Part shown: in pieces, positions 50,094 through 63,346 of the stretch
How the letters are laid out: each line of letters starts with the position of its first letter
How positions within the stretch are numbered: position 1 is the stretch's first letter
DNA from: Chlorokybus atmophyticus
Lineage: Eukaryota > Plantae > Mesostigma and Chlorokybus algae
Assembly (NCBI GenBank): GCA_009103225.1
Contig: RHPI01002503.1
Span: forward strand, 498,202-562,201
Direction: 5' to 3'
Length of the DNA: 64,000 bases
Translations under genes and position numbers: made by a program
The notes under the pieces: model-generated
Told to the model about the DNA's origin: nothing
Database searches by the model: none
The model's input: only the letters and a program-made list of their open reading frames with translations

Positions 50094-52736
50094 ATGCCCG
50101 CCATTCCGACCAACGGCATGCTCAGCTTCGACTCCGACTTTGCCAAGGAGAGCGACTATGGCTATGTTAAGAAGGTGTCCGGCCCCGTCGTGGTGGCCGA
50201 GAAGATGGGCGGTGCTGCCATGTACGAGCTGGTTCGCGTTGGGCACGACAAGCTGATCGGTACGTCGCTGTCTCTTTTGCTAGCTGCTTATTGTTGGCAA
50301 CATTCTCAGTTTTAGAGAGGTAAATAACGAGACCCCTAATGTTAAGCATTGATAGACCCTCAAGGATTTTGCGTGTAGTTTCAGTCTAAGTCCAGCATGT
50401 CGTAGTGTCTCAGGCATGGTTAACACACTGGCACATTTAACATAAGCGTTACCGCTATGTTACTGCTATGTCATCAATCGCTGTGTTAGGTTGTGCATGT
50501 TGCTTTCAGTGTGTCGACACAGCGACCATCATGTACAACGCTTTTGTGCTCAGCAAGAAAGACGGCATCCGGCATACATTCCGTAAATTGTCAGCTTGTA
50601 ACCGTTCCAGCTACATGATCATGCCAGTTGTGTCATGTGCATTGCTACGCAGTATTGGAACACTTGCGTGCAAACGGTGATGACGTGCTTGACTTGTGTG
50701 CTGCAGGTGAGATCATTCGCCTGGAAGGTGACAATGCCACAATCCAAGTGTACGAAGAGACTTCTGGGTTGACTGTAGGAGATCCTGTGCTGCGCACGCG
50801 GTTACCACTCTCTGTTGAACTCGGCCCTGGTCTTTTGGGCAATATCTTTGACGGCATTCAGCGCCCTCTCAAAGCCATTGCCGCATCATCTGGGGACGTG
50901 TACATCCCGAGGGGTGTTGCTGTGCCTGCGCTTGATAAGAAGGCCTCGTGGGAGTTTGCTCCTGGCAAATTCAAGATAGGCGATGCAATAACTGGTGGCG
51001 ATATCGTTGCTACCGTGCATGAGAATACTTTGCTAAACTCCCAGGTGAGTTGTCTGATGCAACATAGCAATTGTTGAGCGTATGTTGATGAGCAAGGGAC
51101 GTGTATCAAGTCTCATTCAAACTTAACTGATCAGCGGCTGCATGGCAGGTCATGGTACCACCAGGAGCCATGGGCAGATTGACCTGGCTGGCGCCTGCAG
51201 GCGAGTACACACTGAGCGATGAAGTCATGGAGATTGAGTTTCAAGGACAGAAAAAGAAGTTCACCATGTTGCAGCAGTGGCCAGTGCGTGAACCTCGCCC
51301 TGTTGCCAAGAAGATGCTCTCGCAGACTGCACTTTTGACCGGTCAGCGTGTCCTCGATGCCCTCTTCCCGTCCGTGCTCGGAGGCACATGCGCTATTCCT
51401 GGTGCGTTCGGTTGCGGCAAGACTGTGATTAGTCAGGCGCTTTCCAAATACTCCAATGCAGATGGTATTATCTACGTGGGTTGTGGTGAACGTGGAAATG
51501 AGATGGCAGAGGTATGCATGCACTTGAAGTGCGCAGGTTGTGTCATCGTGAAGCCGCAGGAATTGATTGTGGCATTTGCTTGCAGGTGTTGATGGACTTC
51601 CCTCAACTCACCATGACATTGCCCGATGGTCGCGAAGAGTCGGTTATGAAGCGCACGACATTGGTTGCCAACACGTCCAATATGCCAGTGGCAGCGCGCG
51701 AGGCATCCATCTACACCGGCATCACGCTGGCTGAGTACTTCAGAGACATGGGTTACAACTATGCCATGATGGCTGACTCCTCGTCACGCTGGGCTGAGGC
51801 GCTGCGTGAGATCTCAGGGCGTTTGGCTGAAATGCCTGCAGATTCGGGTTACCCGGCTTACCTTGCGGCGCGACTTGCATCCTTCTACGAGCGGGCTGGA
51901 CGCGTGCGGTGCTTGGGCAGCCCTGGCCGCGATGGCAGCGTGACCATTGTGGGTGCTGTCTCACCACCAGGCGGTGACTTCTCAGATCCTGTCACCGCAG
52001 CCACGCTCAGTATTGTGCAGGTAGGTTGGCGTACGCTCGAAACTAGCACAGTGATTGTTGTTTTGCTGCGAGGCATACCTGCTGCCCAGGGGCAGTTCGG
52101 TGGCATATGATCTGCTGTGCTAGAGCTTACTTCATAATGCGTGTGCAGGTGTTCTGGGGACTGGACAAGAAGCTTGCACAGCGCAAGCATTTCCCGTCTG
52201 TCAACTGGCTGATCTCGTATTCCAACTACACAAAGGCTTTGGAGCCCTTCTATGAGAAATTTGATCCTGACTTCATATCGATCCGCACGATCGCGCGTGA
52301 GGTTCTTCAAAAGGAGGACGATCTCATGGAAATTGTACAGCTTGTTGGAAAGGATGCACTCGCCGAGACAGACAAGGTGGTGCTCGAAACCGCTAAATTC
52401 ATCCGAGAAGACTACCTTGCGCAGAATGCCTTCACCAAATATGACAAGTTCTGCCCCTTCTACAAGTCCGTGTGGATGTTGCGCAACATCACAACCTTCC
52501 ATACATGCGCAACCACCGCACTGGAGCGCGCCATCAGCGCAGCAGTTGGCACTGGCGAGGGCAGCAAGCTGACATTCAATGTCATCAGGAACCGCTTGGC
52601 AGACATCATGTACCGCATCATTTCGCAGAAGTTTGAAGACCCAGCTGAGGGTGAAGACGTACTTACGGCAAAGTTCAAGCAGCTCAACGCTGACCTTGTC
52701 AATGCCTTTAGGACGCTTGAAGAGGAGTATCGCTGA
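50094..52736 (+). CDS. VHA-A: V-type H+-ATPase catalytic subunit A
   Basis: [15 protein letters not shown]...QVYEETSG, Walker [68 protein letters not shown]; ends LEEEYR*. No intein. Confidence 0.99.
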
Positions 52737-54586
52737 GGTCGTAACATGTATTGTAGCGATACTGCACTGTATACTGCTAGTGTGCTTGTGACACCACTGT
52801 ATCAACTGTTGCCAAGTGCTTGCTGGTTGTTGATGTAAGGTCAGTACCTTTTAGGTATAATGTTGCTACCTGCGGCTGCAACATGCCGCGGTGTCTGGCT
52901 GCCTGTGCTCGGTCTCTGTCGCGTTACTAGTTGCAAGATTGGCTAGTATGGACTACATGGAAACACCCTGTTTCTCTGGCTAGGTGGTCAACATCCAGCA
53001 CATAGCCAGACCTCCTGCATCACCAGGCATTTTGTCTTACCATTGTACATCTGCAACTCTTGCAAAATGTATGCAGCGCAGAAGTGCACCTGGTACAATC
53101 AGGGTATGTTGACATGGCCACAGGCAAGCGCACAAGCGGCTGCAGAGACAGCAAAGGTAGATAAAGCTTGCACATATCATATACCTGACAGTGGTTTGTG
53201 TTTCAGGTGCGCTCAATGTGGGCTCTTCTGCTCTCTGTATAGAAAAAATGCGAGAGAGGTATGCTCATTCAGACCACACCACGCATGCAACACTCTGCAC
53301 AGCACACCCACCTCGTTACTACATGTGCTTCCCTTCCACACCACAACACCTTCTCTGCTTGGCAATTCAGTTGTCGCTTGAGTTGCTGCTCGGCTGTCAG
53401 GAGAGCCTGCGACAGCCTGTGCATGTTTGCTGTTGGGCAATGCGTGTGACTTCCTGCTTGCAATGGTTTATGAGCCATGTGAAGTGCCTGTTGCTTGCTA
53501 GCGATACACCTTGTCTCCTTCTGTCCGTATATGGCGCTTGCTTTTCAGGTGCATTCGCCTGCAAGTAGCGGTCTTCTGCCTCTGCCTGCCTCATTGCCTC
53601 AGCTGCCTTGCGCTGCATGCTTCCTTGTGCGTGCGTGTTGGTGTTGGACCATCAGAACTCAAGGGCCCGGTTCAGCCCATTGCTTGTTGCTGTTGCTCTG
53701 TTGACTCTGTGCAATACACTACGTGTTGTGCGTCCATGGCGCAGCACAGGTAATGTAGTAGTACTAAAATTGCATCACTAGTTCCTGATGTGACACATGC
53801 GAGTCACCTACTGGCGATGTGACTCGATGCAGGCGAAGGCTTTAGTGGTGATCGCCTTCGTGATAAAATCTCACAGCCACAACTTGTGGGCCATTGCTCG
53901 GGGATTACCACACTTCACTGTTCACGCAATCCAGCACTCGGACCTGAAAGCCAACGCTGACGTGGATGCCAATCACGATCCGCGGCCATGTGAACTTGGA
54001 CAAAGTCGTACCCAAACGCACCAGTTCTTTAGCTCGGCACAAGTTCCTCATATCCCTGAATCCGACGACTCTCGAAGCCAAAAAGCTTCATCCGACCGCT
54101 GTCCTTGGCCTCGTGACTTCGGATAAGACGGCCTACTCGTAACCAGACTTGTGTAAAGTAAAGCAAAGAAGTCGGAAAATTCTTCTACGTGCCCTTCCGG
54201 CTGTGATGGCGTGGCGGGAGAAATGCAAACTGATTGGGTTTTCTGACGCCGCAGCGGCGGTGGCGGCGGTGGGGGTTGGGGTGAGGGTGGGGAAGGTTGG
54301 GGAGGGGTTCGAGGTGAGGGAGGTGGTGGACCTCACCTGAAGAGGTGCGAGCGTTGTTAGGCTGTTGCAGGGTGTGATTCTGGGCTGGCGGTGCTGCTGG
54401 CTGAAAATCTCCTTCTAGCTGCGAGGGTGAGCTTCCTGGGCGCTGATCGTGCTAAGGGGGTGATCTGTTTAAGATATCCTGCTTGACACGCTCGTGTGTG
54501 TTTTCTAACTTGTACGTTTCTGCTGCGTCGCCATGCTCGTTACCTGTTCTTGCAGCGCATTCTTATGGCCAAGCAGTGTGATTGTC

Positions 54587-56101
54587 ATGCAGCGGCATCG
54601 CATTACAGTACAGGGCAACAGAAAGGCGCTCAGCGTACTGAAGTCTGATCTTGCATGCAAGGTTGCCTCAGCTGTTGGCCGTTGCTAGCGGTGTGGTGTC
54701 CCTAGGAGTACATGGATGCTAAGGGAAAACTTTACATGCATGCTCGCATGCATGCATGAAACCTGCCGCATTTTATGTGCATGCATGCACACTAGCAGCT
54801 TGCTTGCCACGTAAGCACAATCAACTCTGTACTAAGCTCCAACCATCTTAGGCGCCAGAGCTTTCCAAACTGGACACCCTGGACGCGAAACAGTACTTCC
54901 AGCCTAACGACCACCGCCGCCGTGCGATGGTCGCTGAGCGGCCAACTGATAGCCTCTTCTGGGTGCAGCCTACAACAACCGGCCGTGCAGTGGTGAATGT
55001 GCACGAGCATTTTGAGCTTCTGACCAGCGCACGACGCCTGGTGTACTGGGCGCTCAGTTGGTTCCTCTGGCCTCTGTGGATACTCAACGCCCTTCGCCGC
55101 GAACAGCAGGTAGTTGCATGCAAGGCAGAAGTGCTTGCATTCTGATGCAATTCTCAGCTCGTGGTGTTGAACGTTTTGTCAACTGTGAAAAGAGGATAAC
55201 AGATACTTGCTGCAAGTTATACATGTGCAATGTGCTACATCGTAAGACTTGTTGCTGCCCGTGGGTGTAATCCCACAGCATTGCTGCATGTGCTTTGGCT
55301 GACTTGCCATGGTGTGCTGGCAGCTTCAGCTTCAACTGCAGGAGATGCACTTGAAAGCTGAACATCAGCAGATCCGCATGAGCGAATTGCAGCGACGTCT
55401 GGACGCATCTCACAGCGACATGCGGAAAATGCGAGATAAGTACCTCAAAAGGCTGGATGCACCGGCTCCATCAGGTGGTGATGGTGTTGGAGCCAGTGAC
55501 GACAATAAGGTTGTGCTTACAACTGCACCTGCAAAGGGTTACACAGCTACGCCAGAGGTGCGTGCACGTGTTCCTGTGGTTGTTATGTGTTGACACATAA
55601 TTGTGAGCGTGCAGTGCATTGTGCTTGTATGTGCATGAACCGGTTGACTTGAGGCCACGCTGATGCAGTGCATTGCCGCAGGTGTGTGATGAGCCGTCCG
55701 GTATGAATGCTGTGCACATGCTGTGGGGTATCAGCAGCGCAGCCTGCGCCTATGCGCTTTGGTATTTCTTCAGGAATGCAAGGCGAGGCGGGCCGGTAAG
55801 AATTTGTTATCCAACTGACGGACACTTGAACTGCATGACTGGTTGCACGCTGTCACAGACTCCTGACACAAGCGCAATGCATCAACACTCACAGGTCATT
55901 CATCTGTCGCAGGAAAGGGAATGGGTACTGCTACTGGTGGCTGCGCTGGTTTGTTTTCTCCTGATGACATTTACTGGCCGGAGGGATCCCAGTGCACCTA
56001 TCTTGCACCAACGCAGTGCTGCGCTGCTGTCCGCTGTAAACATGTTTTTGGTTGGCTTCATCTTCTGCTACTGGTTGAACGACCCCCCAGTGCGCACGTG
56101 A
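54587..56101 (+). CDS. Hypothetical membrane protein (hydrophobic segment, coiled coil, three C-terminal TM helices); start uncertain
   Basis: Five exons splice in phase 0: MQRHRIT...LACK|APELSK...WALSWFLWPLWILNALRREQQ|LQLQLQEMH...|VCDEP...LWGISSAACAYALWYFF..GP|EREWVLLLVAALVCFLL...FLVGFIFCYWL..RT*. Confidence 0.65.
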
Positions 56102-56693
56102 TGCTGGCGTGCCAACAGTTGTTCCACTGCAGCAGCACTTTCTGCATGCAGTTGTAACATACACTGCATCGTCTCATGCCCCGTTGTGCGTTAAGGCTTA
56201 GATAACTAGCTGCAGTTCGCCAGGTAGTGTGAGCTGTATTGGACTTGTACATGAGTAGAATAGTTTAGTCATGTTTTATGTCATAGGATGCGCGCTTGGA
56301 GATGCTCAGCATATGCTGTTCGGTGCCGAGTTCCTTTGCGTAGTGGTCCAAAAGCGCAGATTGTGTTACCAGACAAGCATAAAGCAAGAGAGTTCAGCCC
56401 AAGCAGCACCTGCTACACATGAGTGGTATGCTTTGTGAGGTGGTGTAAATGAAATGAGGTGTGAATATGCTCATGCATGTTACATGCCATGTGCGCGGTG
56501 CATTGTTCAAAGCTTGCCACTGGTCTTGCATTGCATGGTGTACATTCCAACATCTTCCCTTTGCATGTGTGAACAGTATATTCGTGCTTGGGGCACTGTA
56601 TTACTATGTTGTTCTGCTTCGGCCATTTCTCAACGCGCAAAGTCCCACAACAGGTGCCTCAACCAAGCCAAGTCAACTTATGTCAGAAGGGGA

Positions 56694-59600
56694 TCAAGCT
56701 GGTGCTGCGGCTTCATGAATAGTTGTCCATTTGCTGAGAGCATCAGCAATCTGTGTTGCACAAGACTCCTGCATCCACCAGCAAGCGAAGACTTGAGACA
56801 TCATGCAGTGTGCAGCTTACAATACAGCTCTACATGAAGGTCTAAATCGCACCTGAACATCGCGGTGCATGGCCATCATTGCCCCACGCACATTGCGTTC
56901 CAGAGCCATGCGCGCCTCGACCTCTTCATCAAGGGATGTCATAAGCTCATTCGTCATCGCCATTAGCTGCGCTACAGGCTGTTCCAGCTGCATCGCCGAT
57001 ACCTGCATGTGCGGCCAACAACTCGCTAAAACAATGTTCATAAACTTTGATGCATTGGCATATAAATTCTCACTCACCGACTCAGAACTGTTGGCCACTT
57101 CAGCGAGGATAAGCTCTCTGTCCAGCAGGGCGTCAGAGGAGCAGGTCTCCGCCAGCTTGCGAAGTTCCACCTCCGTCTTGTCAAGCTGCTTCTCCAAACC
57201 CCTCACCGCCAGTTTGCTTTGCCGCGCTATCAGCTGCCACTCCGACACTCTGTCATCTACCTCCGCCACGTTGGCGGCAATAGCGAACAGCTTTGCATCA
57301 ACACCAGTAGTCGCTTGTACTGATTCTGTCTGCTCCAACTGCTGCAGCCTTGCATGGATGCCGGATACACTACTGTTGACAGCTGAAACTGTCCTATTGA
57401 TGATAGCTTGTAAAGCTGTTATCTGCTGTTCTGCAGCACTGCTGTTTCTTTCCTCCAATTGCAACGCAGTGACTTCTCCATGCAACAGCGAGTCAACTTC
57501 AAGCGCTTCCATGCGTTGCATCAAGTCCGTGACAGATGCTTGAACCTTCCTTCGCTCATTGCGCATTGTGACCACTCCCTCACGCATGACAGCCACTTCA
57601 CCATGCACGGTCTTGAAGTTGTCAATGACTCTTTCCTCCAAGGCAATGCGCGCATCGCGTCCCGCCTTGGCCGCATCCATGACAGTGCGTGTCAAGTCTT
57701 CTTGCTGGGTGCTCATGGCTGCCAACTGGCTGCCCACTGACTCTTTCAGCTGCAAGTTCTCAGCCAGCTGGTTTTTTACAGCGTCCGTCCACACCTGTTG
57801 CTCAAGGGCACCATCCGCCAGCTGGTTTTTCACCGACTCTTGAAGCTCTGACTGTTGTACGAGCGCATCCTTGACAGTGCGTGTGACGTCTGCTTGCTGC
57901 GCACTCATGGCCGCCAGCTGGCTTCCGACGGACTCTTTGAGCTGCGCAGTCGCTGCCACGTGCACACTGACAGTGTGAGCCAATATGGAGTGATCCTTGG
58001 CGCTGGCTGTCAGCTGCTGCGTCACATTCTGCTGAAAAAGTTCGCTATCCTGAACACTCTTCTTAGCGTGCAGCATCACTTGACCCAGCTGCAGCTTAAG
58101 TTGGTTGCATTCCTCCTGACAAGCATCCAACTCCAACCTGGGAAATATAAGTTATAAGTTAACCGCTGACCAGATAGCATGCTGCTGACTATCACATACA
58201 ATCAACTTACAACTGCAGCTCTCTGTCTAACAGAGAGTCGGCTTGTTGCTGTTCAAGATGTGCGCGCAACCCGTAGACGGCTTCGTTGGCTTTGGCGGCG
58301 AGGCTGTACCCTTCACTGGCCTGCATGTGCAACAACAAGTCAACACGTGCTCGCACAGACAGGGTTAGTGAAACACTCCACGCAACAGCGGCCAGACCTC
58401 TTCGGCCATGCGCTGCTCCTGATTGCGCATGGCCTGGACATGCTCGTGCGTGACAGCATCCACCTCTCTCTCCAAAACCTGACAGTGCATGACATTGTCA
58501 GCAATGACAACAAATTTGGCAATGCTTCTACGATGGACACATGCCGTTACCTCTAGACGCTTGAGCACCTCATTATGAGCGCCGGCTGCAGCCTGTGGCA
58601 CGATACATGGTGTGTTAAGGTCTTGTATTTTCCAAGAGTCCAATATAGCAGTCTTTGCATACCTGCGAGGCCACCTCCACAACTCCGTCGCTCATTTCTG
58701 CTAGAGCCGCATCCAGTTGTCCCCGCACCTCTACTCGCATTCCGTCCATCTCCGTGCCAATGGCCGCCACCTTTGCCATGCACAAAGCCGTTGGTGGTAC
58801 AATTTCAGCCACAGGCACGCAACTTGACCGACACGCACCTCCTCTTCAATACGATCATCTCGCTCTCTGCGCCCACGCCCCTCTGTCTCAAGCTCCTGCA
58901 CAACACCCTCCAGCTCCTGCATGCGGCCCAGTGCATCCACCAGCTCTGCATGGTCCTCATTGATCGCCTCTATAGCCTGAGCATAGCCAAAGACGCCATG
59001 AAGTGAAGTGTTGCAGCCTGAAAGGCCTCGTTCTTGCAGTGTTCAGTTGTTACCTCTGAAACATCAGTTTCAATGCGCTGCACAGTTTCAATTATGGAAG
59101 AAAAGGTTTCCTGCCCGATAGTGCGTGCAGTATCAGGATTGTGGTCTTGCTGTTCTGGTTGGTCTTCATGTGACACTTCATCCTCTTCTCGTTCTTCTTG
59201 GTCTTTGAGTGTGATATACGTCTTGAGCTCGTCGATCTGTTCTTGCAGATCCATCCACAAAGCCTTGCCAGAGCCAAAACAGGTGTCAATGAATATCCTA
59301 TGCCAGCGTGCCTGACTTGCAGGCGATGCAAACATGCGCTCACCCGTCTGACACTATTATTCGCATTGATGTCCTTGAAGTACTCCTCTCCGTCGTCATT
59401 GGCATCCTGGACCCCAGCCAGGACGCGGTCGACACGCGCGGAGACGCATTGCTCTGACACAAGCTCCTCCAGCACCTGGCCATGTACTTATATGTTTACA
59501 TGCACACGCTATTGCAAGCAGAAACCCAAGTATTGATTTTAAGTCTGCACCTGATCGCACGTGCATCCCGCGAGGTCATCTCGCAGATTCATTTGCAACT

Positions 59601-62059
59601 GATGAGAGGCGGCCTGTAAGTGGTGGGCGGCTTGTGAGCGACAGTCAGCAAATCACTATTGCTGACTGCGAAACGCAGACACCTGCCATCTCAAATGGTT
59701 TTGTGCAAGCTTGCAGTGTGCAATTGTTCACATTCACTCAAGCAGGTTCAGGCTGGACTCTCACCTTATGCTCTCGCAGCTGCTCAGCAAGTACCTGCTG
59801 CGTGTGCTGCGCACCTTGCACAAGCGCATCCACACGTGCCTGCACATGCATACACGATGACATGCATTCACCATCGCGAGCGCTCTTTGCATGAGGGCTT
59901 AGCAGCACACCTGTGTGGTGGCAGTGTCGCGGCGTGCAGCCTGCACCGCAAGCTCCTCGATGCCTTCCACGGCTCGTAGGCGTGCTGTGATCTCCATGCA
60001 AACCTATTTAAAAAGTTGTGTTGCTATTGATGTGCAATAGCCAAACAACATGCTATGCGCTGAGAGCCCTGTTTGCACATAGGTGTCTGCTATCCACTAA
60101 CTGTTTACCACATCTTGAAGGCGTGCGGTGTCACGGATGTGTTCGTCCCGCAGTCCAGCCATCATTGAACGCGCGGATGCTAGTGCGTCGTTCACCTAAC
60201 ATACAGGAGAGGTGAAGGGCAATATGATGACCAGTATGAGCACGTATGTGTTGAGAACGCATTGAGGCACTATTGCGTTACCATCAAACACAAGCAAGTG
60301 TGGGACGTACCAAGCTGCATGCAAGAGGTACGATTCATAGACATAACCAGCACATACAAAGACAGGTTAATACTACAGATGAGATTGGCACTGCTGGTTG
60401 GATAGGTATGTAGGGGGTGTCAAGGGCAACACAGTAACAGCTGTGGCAACAATGCATGCTGACCTGTTGCCGAAGACGCAGTTCGCGCCGTTCCCGCGCC
60501 ATGCGCTCAGCCCCAAGTGCTTCAGTGAGTGCGCGCAATCCCCCATCAGCGCAGCGCGCAAGATCTCTTGCCTCAGACTCCACGCCCGCCACGCGCCGCC
60601 GGACACCCGCACGCACTTCCTGCACCTCCTGCACAAGCAGCAGCCAACTGGCATGAGCTGGAGGACTGCCCAGCAGTGATGGGTTAGCTTGACGCACCTC
60701 TTCAACCATTCTCTGAACAGAGCTGCGCGCAGCACGCACTGCTGCCTCGACCTAAGCCATTAAAGAGGTGGGGTCAAACAACCAGGTAACAAATTCCTGC
60801 ATGCAATGCTTTACTCACATCAGCTTGCATGGCGGCTGCTTGCCTTTCGCACTGAGTAAGAGAGGCTGCAGCGGCCTCAAGCTGTGTAACACGCTCTGCA
60901 ACAACGACAATGAATTTGTCTCGTAGCGTGTGTACGTGCATAGGCGTCTTTATTTCGTTATTTTAGTTTGGTTGTGAGTATATCTACTCTTCTCCACATC
61001 AACGCACCGGAGCGTTCAGTGTCTAGCTCTTCGTGCAGGGCACTGACACCAGCTTCAACGCCGCGCATCTACGTACGACGTAAGTTGATAGCGTTAATCA
61101 CCGCACAAGTCCGATTGCAGTGCAAACCCACCTTGCCTTACCCAGGATTGCATGGCTCCAGCGAGGCTACGAACACGCTCAGCCGTGCGCTCATCGCTTC
61201 GCGTGCGTTCACGGTCCCCTTGTTCCAGACTCCTCTGAACAGTGCGCTTCAGCTATTGCATCATCAGATTTTTCAGCATGCAAGAGTGCACGACAAACCT
61301 GCAGCATGTGTGCGAGGTCCTCCAACGCCTTCTCTCCATCCCTTTGCACGCGCGCAACTCTGCTGCCCAGGCGCTCAAACTCATGCTCCAGCCTACAGAG
61401 CGAGTTTCAGTGCTTGTAAAATGCATCGCTGCACACTCGTTGCTGTTCATAAACAATCCTCACCTCTGCAAGGGTGCTGCAAATTCTCCATGCTCCCGCA
61501 CGCGCCGTGCTAGCTCAGGGATCACCCTCGTTATGACATTCTCGCACTCGCGCAGACGATCCTCTACACCCGCCGCCCATGCACTCAAGTGAGATTGATG
61601 TTGCGGTTCCTGATGCTGCAAATGTTGCGAGTGACGGTATCCTGCCATGCAAACGGATGCTAAGATGGTCTGGACGTGAAGTCAATGGCAGAAGCAAAAA
61701 TAAAAAACCACCACCCACCCACCCACCCACCCACTCAACAATTAAACTCTCACAAGTCTGCTGCGATATGACAGAAGCACCTTCTTCATCATAGCTTCTG
61801 TGGCGATAATGTTGTCGGGAAGTGGACTCGCGCTGCACAATGTCGGGGAGGAACGGGCCCTTTGAGGCATGGTCGGTGCGGTGGTCGTACTCGTCCTCAT
61901 CATAAGCATGTGAAGAAGGAAACGAAAAGGGCCCCGCCTGAACATTGTAATTTTGCGGCACCTAATATTTAAAAGATGGTTCGTTATCTGAACAACAAGG
62001 GAGGGCATCGCGAGTGTGCAGCGCCCCTCGCGCGCGCGCGCGCGCGCAAGGGGAGAGAG

Positions 62060-62094
<35 letters not shown>

Positions 62095-63019
62095 NNNNNN
62101 NNNNNNNNNNNNNNNNNNNNNNNNNNNNNNNNNNNNNNNNNNNNNNNNNNNNNNNNNNNNNNNNNNNNNNNNNNNNNNNNNNNNNNNNNNNNNNNNNNNN
62201 NNNNNNNNNNNNNNNNNNNNNNNNNNNNNNNNNNNNNNNNNNNNNNNNNNNNNNNNNNNNNNNNNNNNNNNNNNNNNNNNNNNNNNNNNNNNNNNNNNNN
62301 NNNNNNNNNNNNNNNNNNNNNNNNNNNNNNNNNNNNNNNNNNNNNNNNNNNNNNNNNNNNNNNNNNNNNNNNNNNNNNNNNNNNNNNNNNNNNNNNNNNN
62401 NNNNNNNNNNNNNNNNNNNNNNNNNNNNNNNNNNNNNNNNNNNNNNNNNNNNNNNNNNNNNNNNNNNNNNNNNNNNNNNNNNNNNNNNNNNNGGGGGGAT
62501 GTACATACAGCGGTTGTGGTTATTGCAATGTACAGGAGCTGAGAGAATGACGCGTATACCAACGCTGACTGAACTACACCAACGACCCAATCACTCCGGT
62601 GGAAGACGGCATCAGCCACACAAATGAGCATGAATGGAAGCTGGACGTAATGGAATTGCACTATGCAATTGGTATTGGGGGGTGTCCATGTCTGACTGCG
62701 TAGGTTCAATAGTCGTTGGCATGGCAAGACAACGAAACACACTTGTGGTAACACACAATGACTTGAAATTTCACATGCCACCGAAGAAGGACACGAGTGC
62801 CTGTTCGACTTCTGACATCATCACAACTATCATCGTAACAACTGAGAGTTTTCTGACCTCCTCAACGAACGCCTTGCGCACAATGGCTCCCTCATCGGCC
62901 CTCCTCCTGCCCTGCTGCTGCTGCTGCTGCTGCTGGCCGGCCCCACGCTCCTCACTCCCCTCACCAGCCAATCCACCCCCACCCAGTATGCCCCACACGT
63001 GGTCCCGCCTGTACTCCAT
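56694..63019 (-). CDS. Large multi-exon coiled-coil protein; start uncertain, N gap inside
   Basis: 1.3-kb exon (about 56851-58138) and many shorter exons rich in E/Q/R/A/L heptads; last exon IADALSKWTTIHEAAAPA*; candidate start MEYRRDHVW at 63019. Confidence 0.7.
62029..62094. repeat. (CG)n tract followed by (GA)n tract, running into an N gap
   Basis: (CG)n at 62029-62047, (GA)n at about 62062-62094. Confidence 0.9.
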
Positions 63020-63346
63020 CAGCACCAGCACACAGCAGCACCAGCAAGCACCCAGTTGAGCACATCAACAGCCGCACTAATGTGCACATTCAGACATTTA
63101 AGTACCAACACTGAGAATGGGGAATTGCCAAGCTTCTGCTGCTGCCAGCAACAACACAGCGGTGCTTGCGAGCTTCAAGCAGCAGCAGCTGTTGCTTCAA
63201 GCAACAGCAGCTGTGCCGTTTGAGGCCGCTCACGCCGTTAGTTAGCCAAGTGTTCGCGGTTAGGTAACAGCGGTTCGTTAACTGCGCTCATTTGCAGCAA
63301 GTGGATCAGCCTGCTGTCGTTGGGATTGGCAGTGGTGAGCGTGGCG

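Noticed and set aside
51380-51480. Intein at the VMA1 insertion site of V-ATPase A
   Set aside because: GAFGCGKT is contiguous with no insertion.
51885-52805. 306-aa minus-strand ORF
   Set aside because: Antisense shadow of V-ATPase A exons.
53397-54340. Minus-strand Pro-rich and KAAEAMRQAEAED frames
   Set aside because: No consistent start, splice phase or domain. Probably UTR or promoter sequence.
56869-57543. 224-aa plus-strand ORF
   Set aside because: Antisense shadow of the coiled-coil exon.
61742-62781. Long ORFs here and at 13401-14017 and 9971-10656
   Set aside because: They are open only because they run through N gaps.
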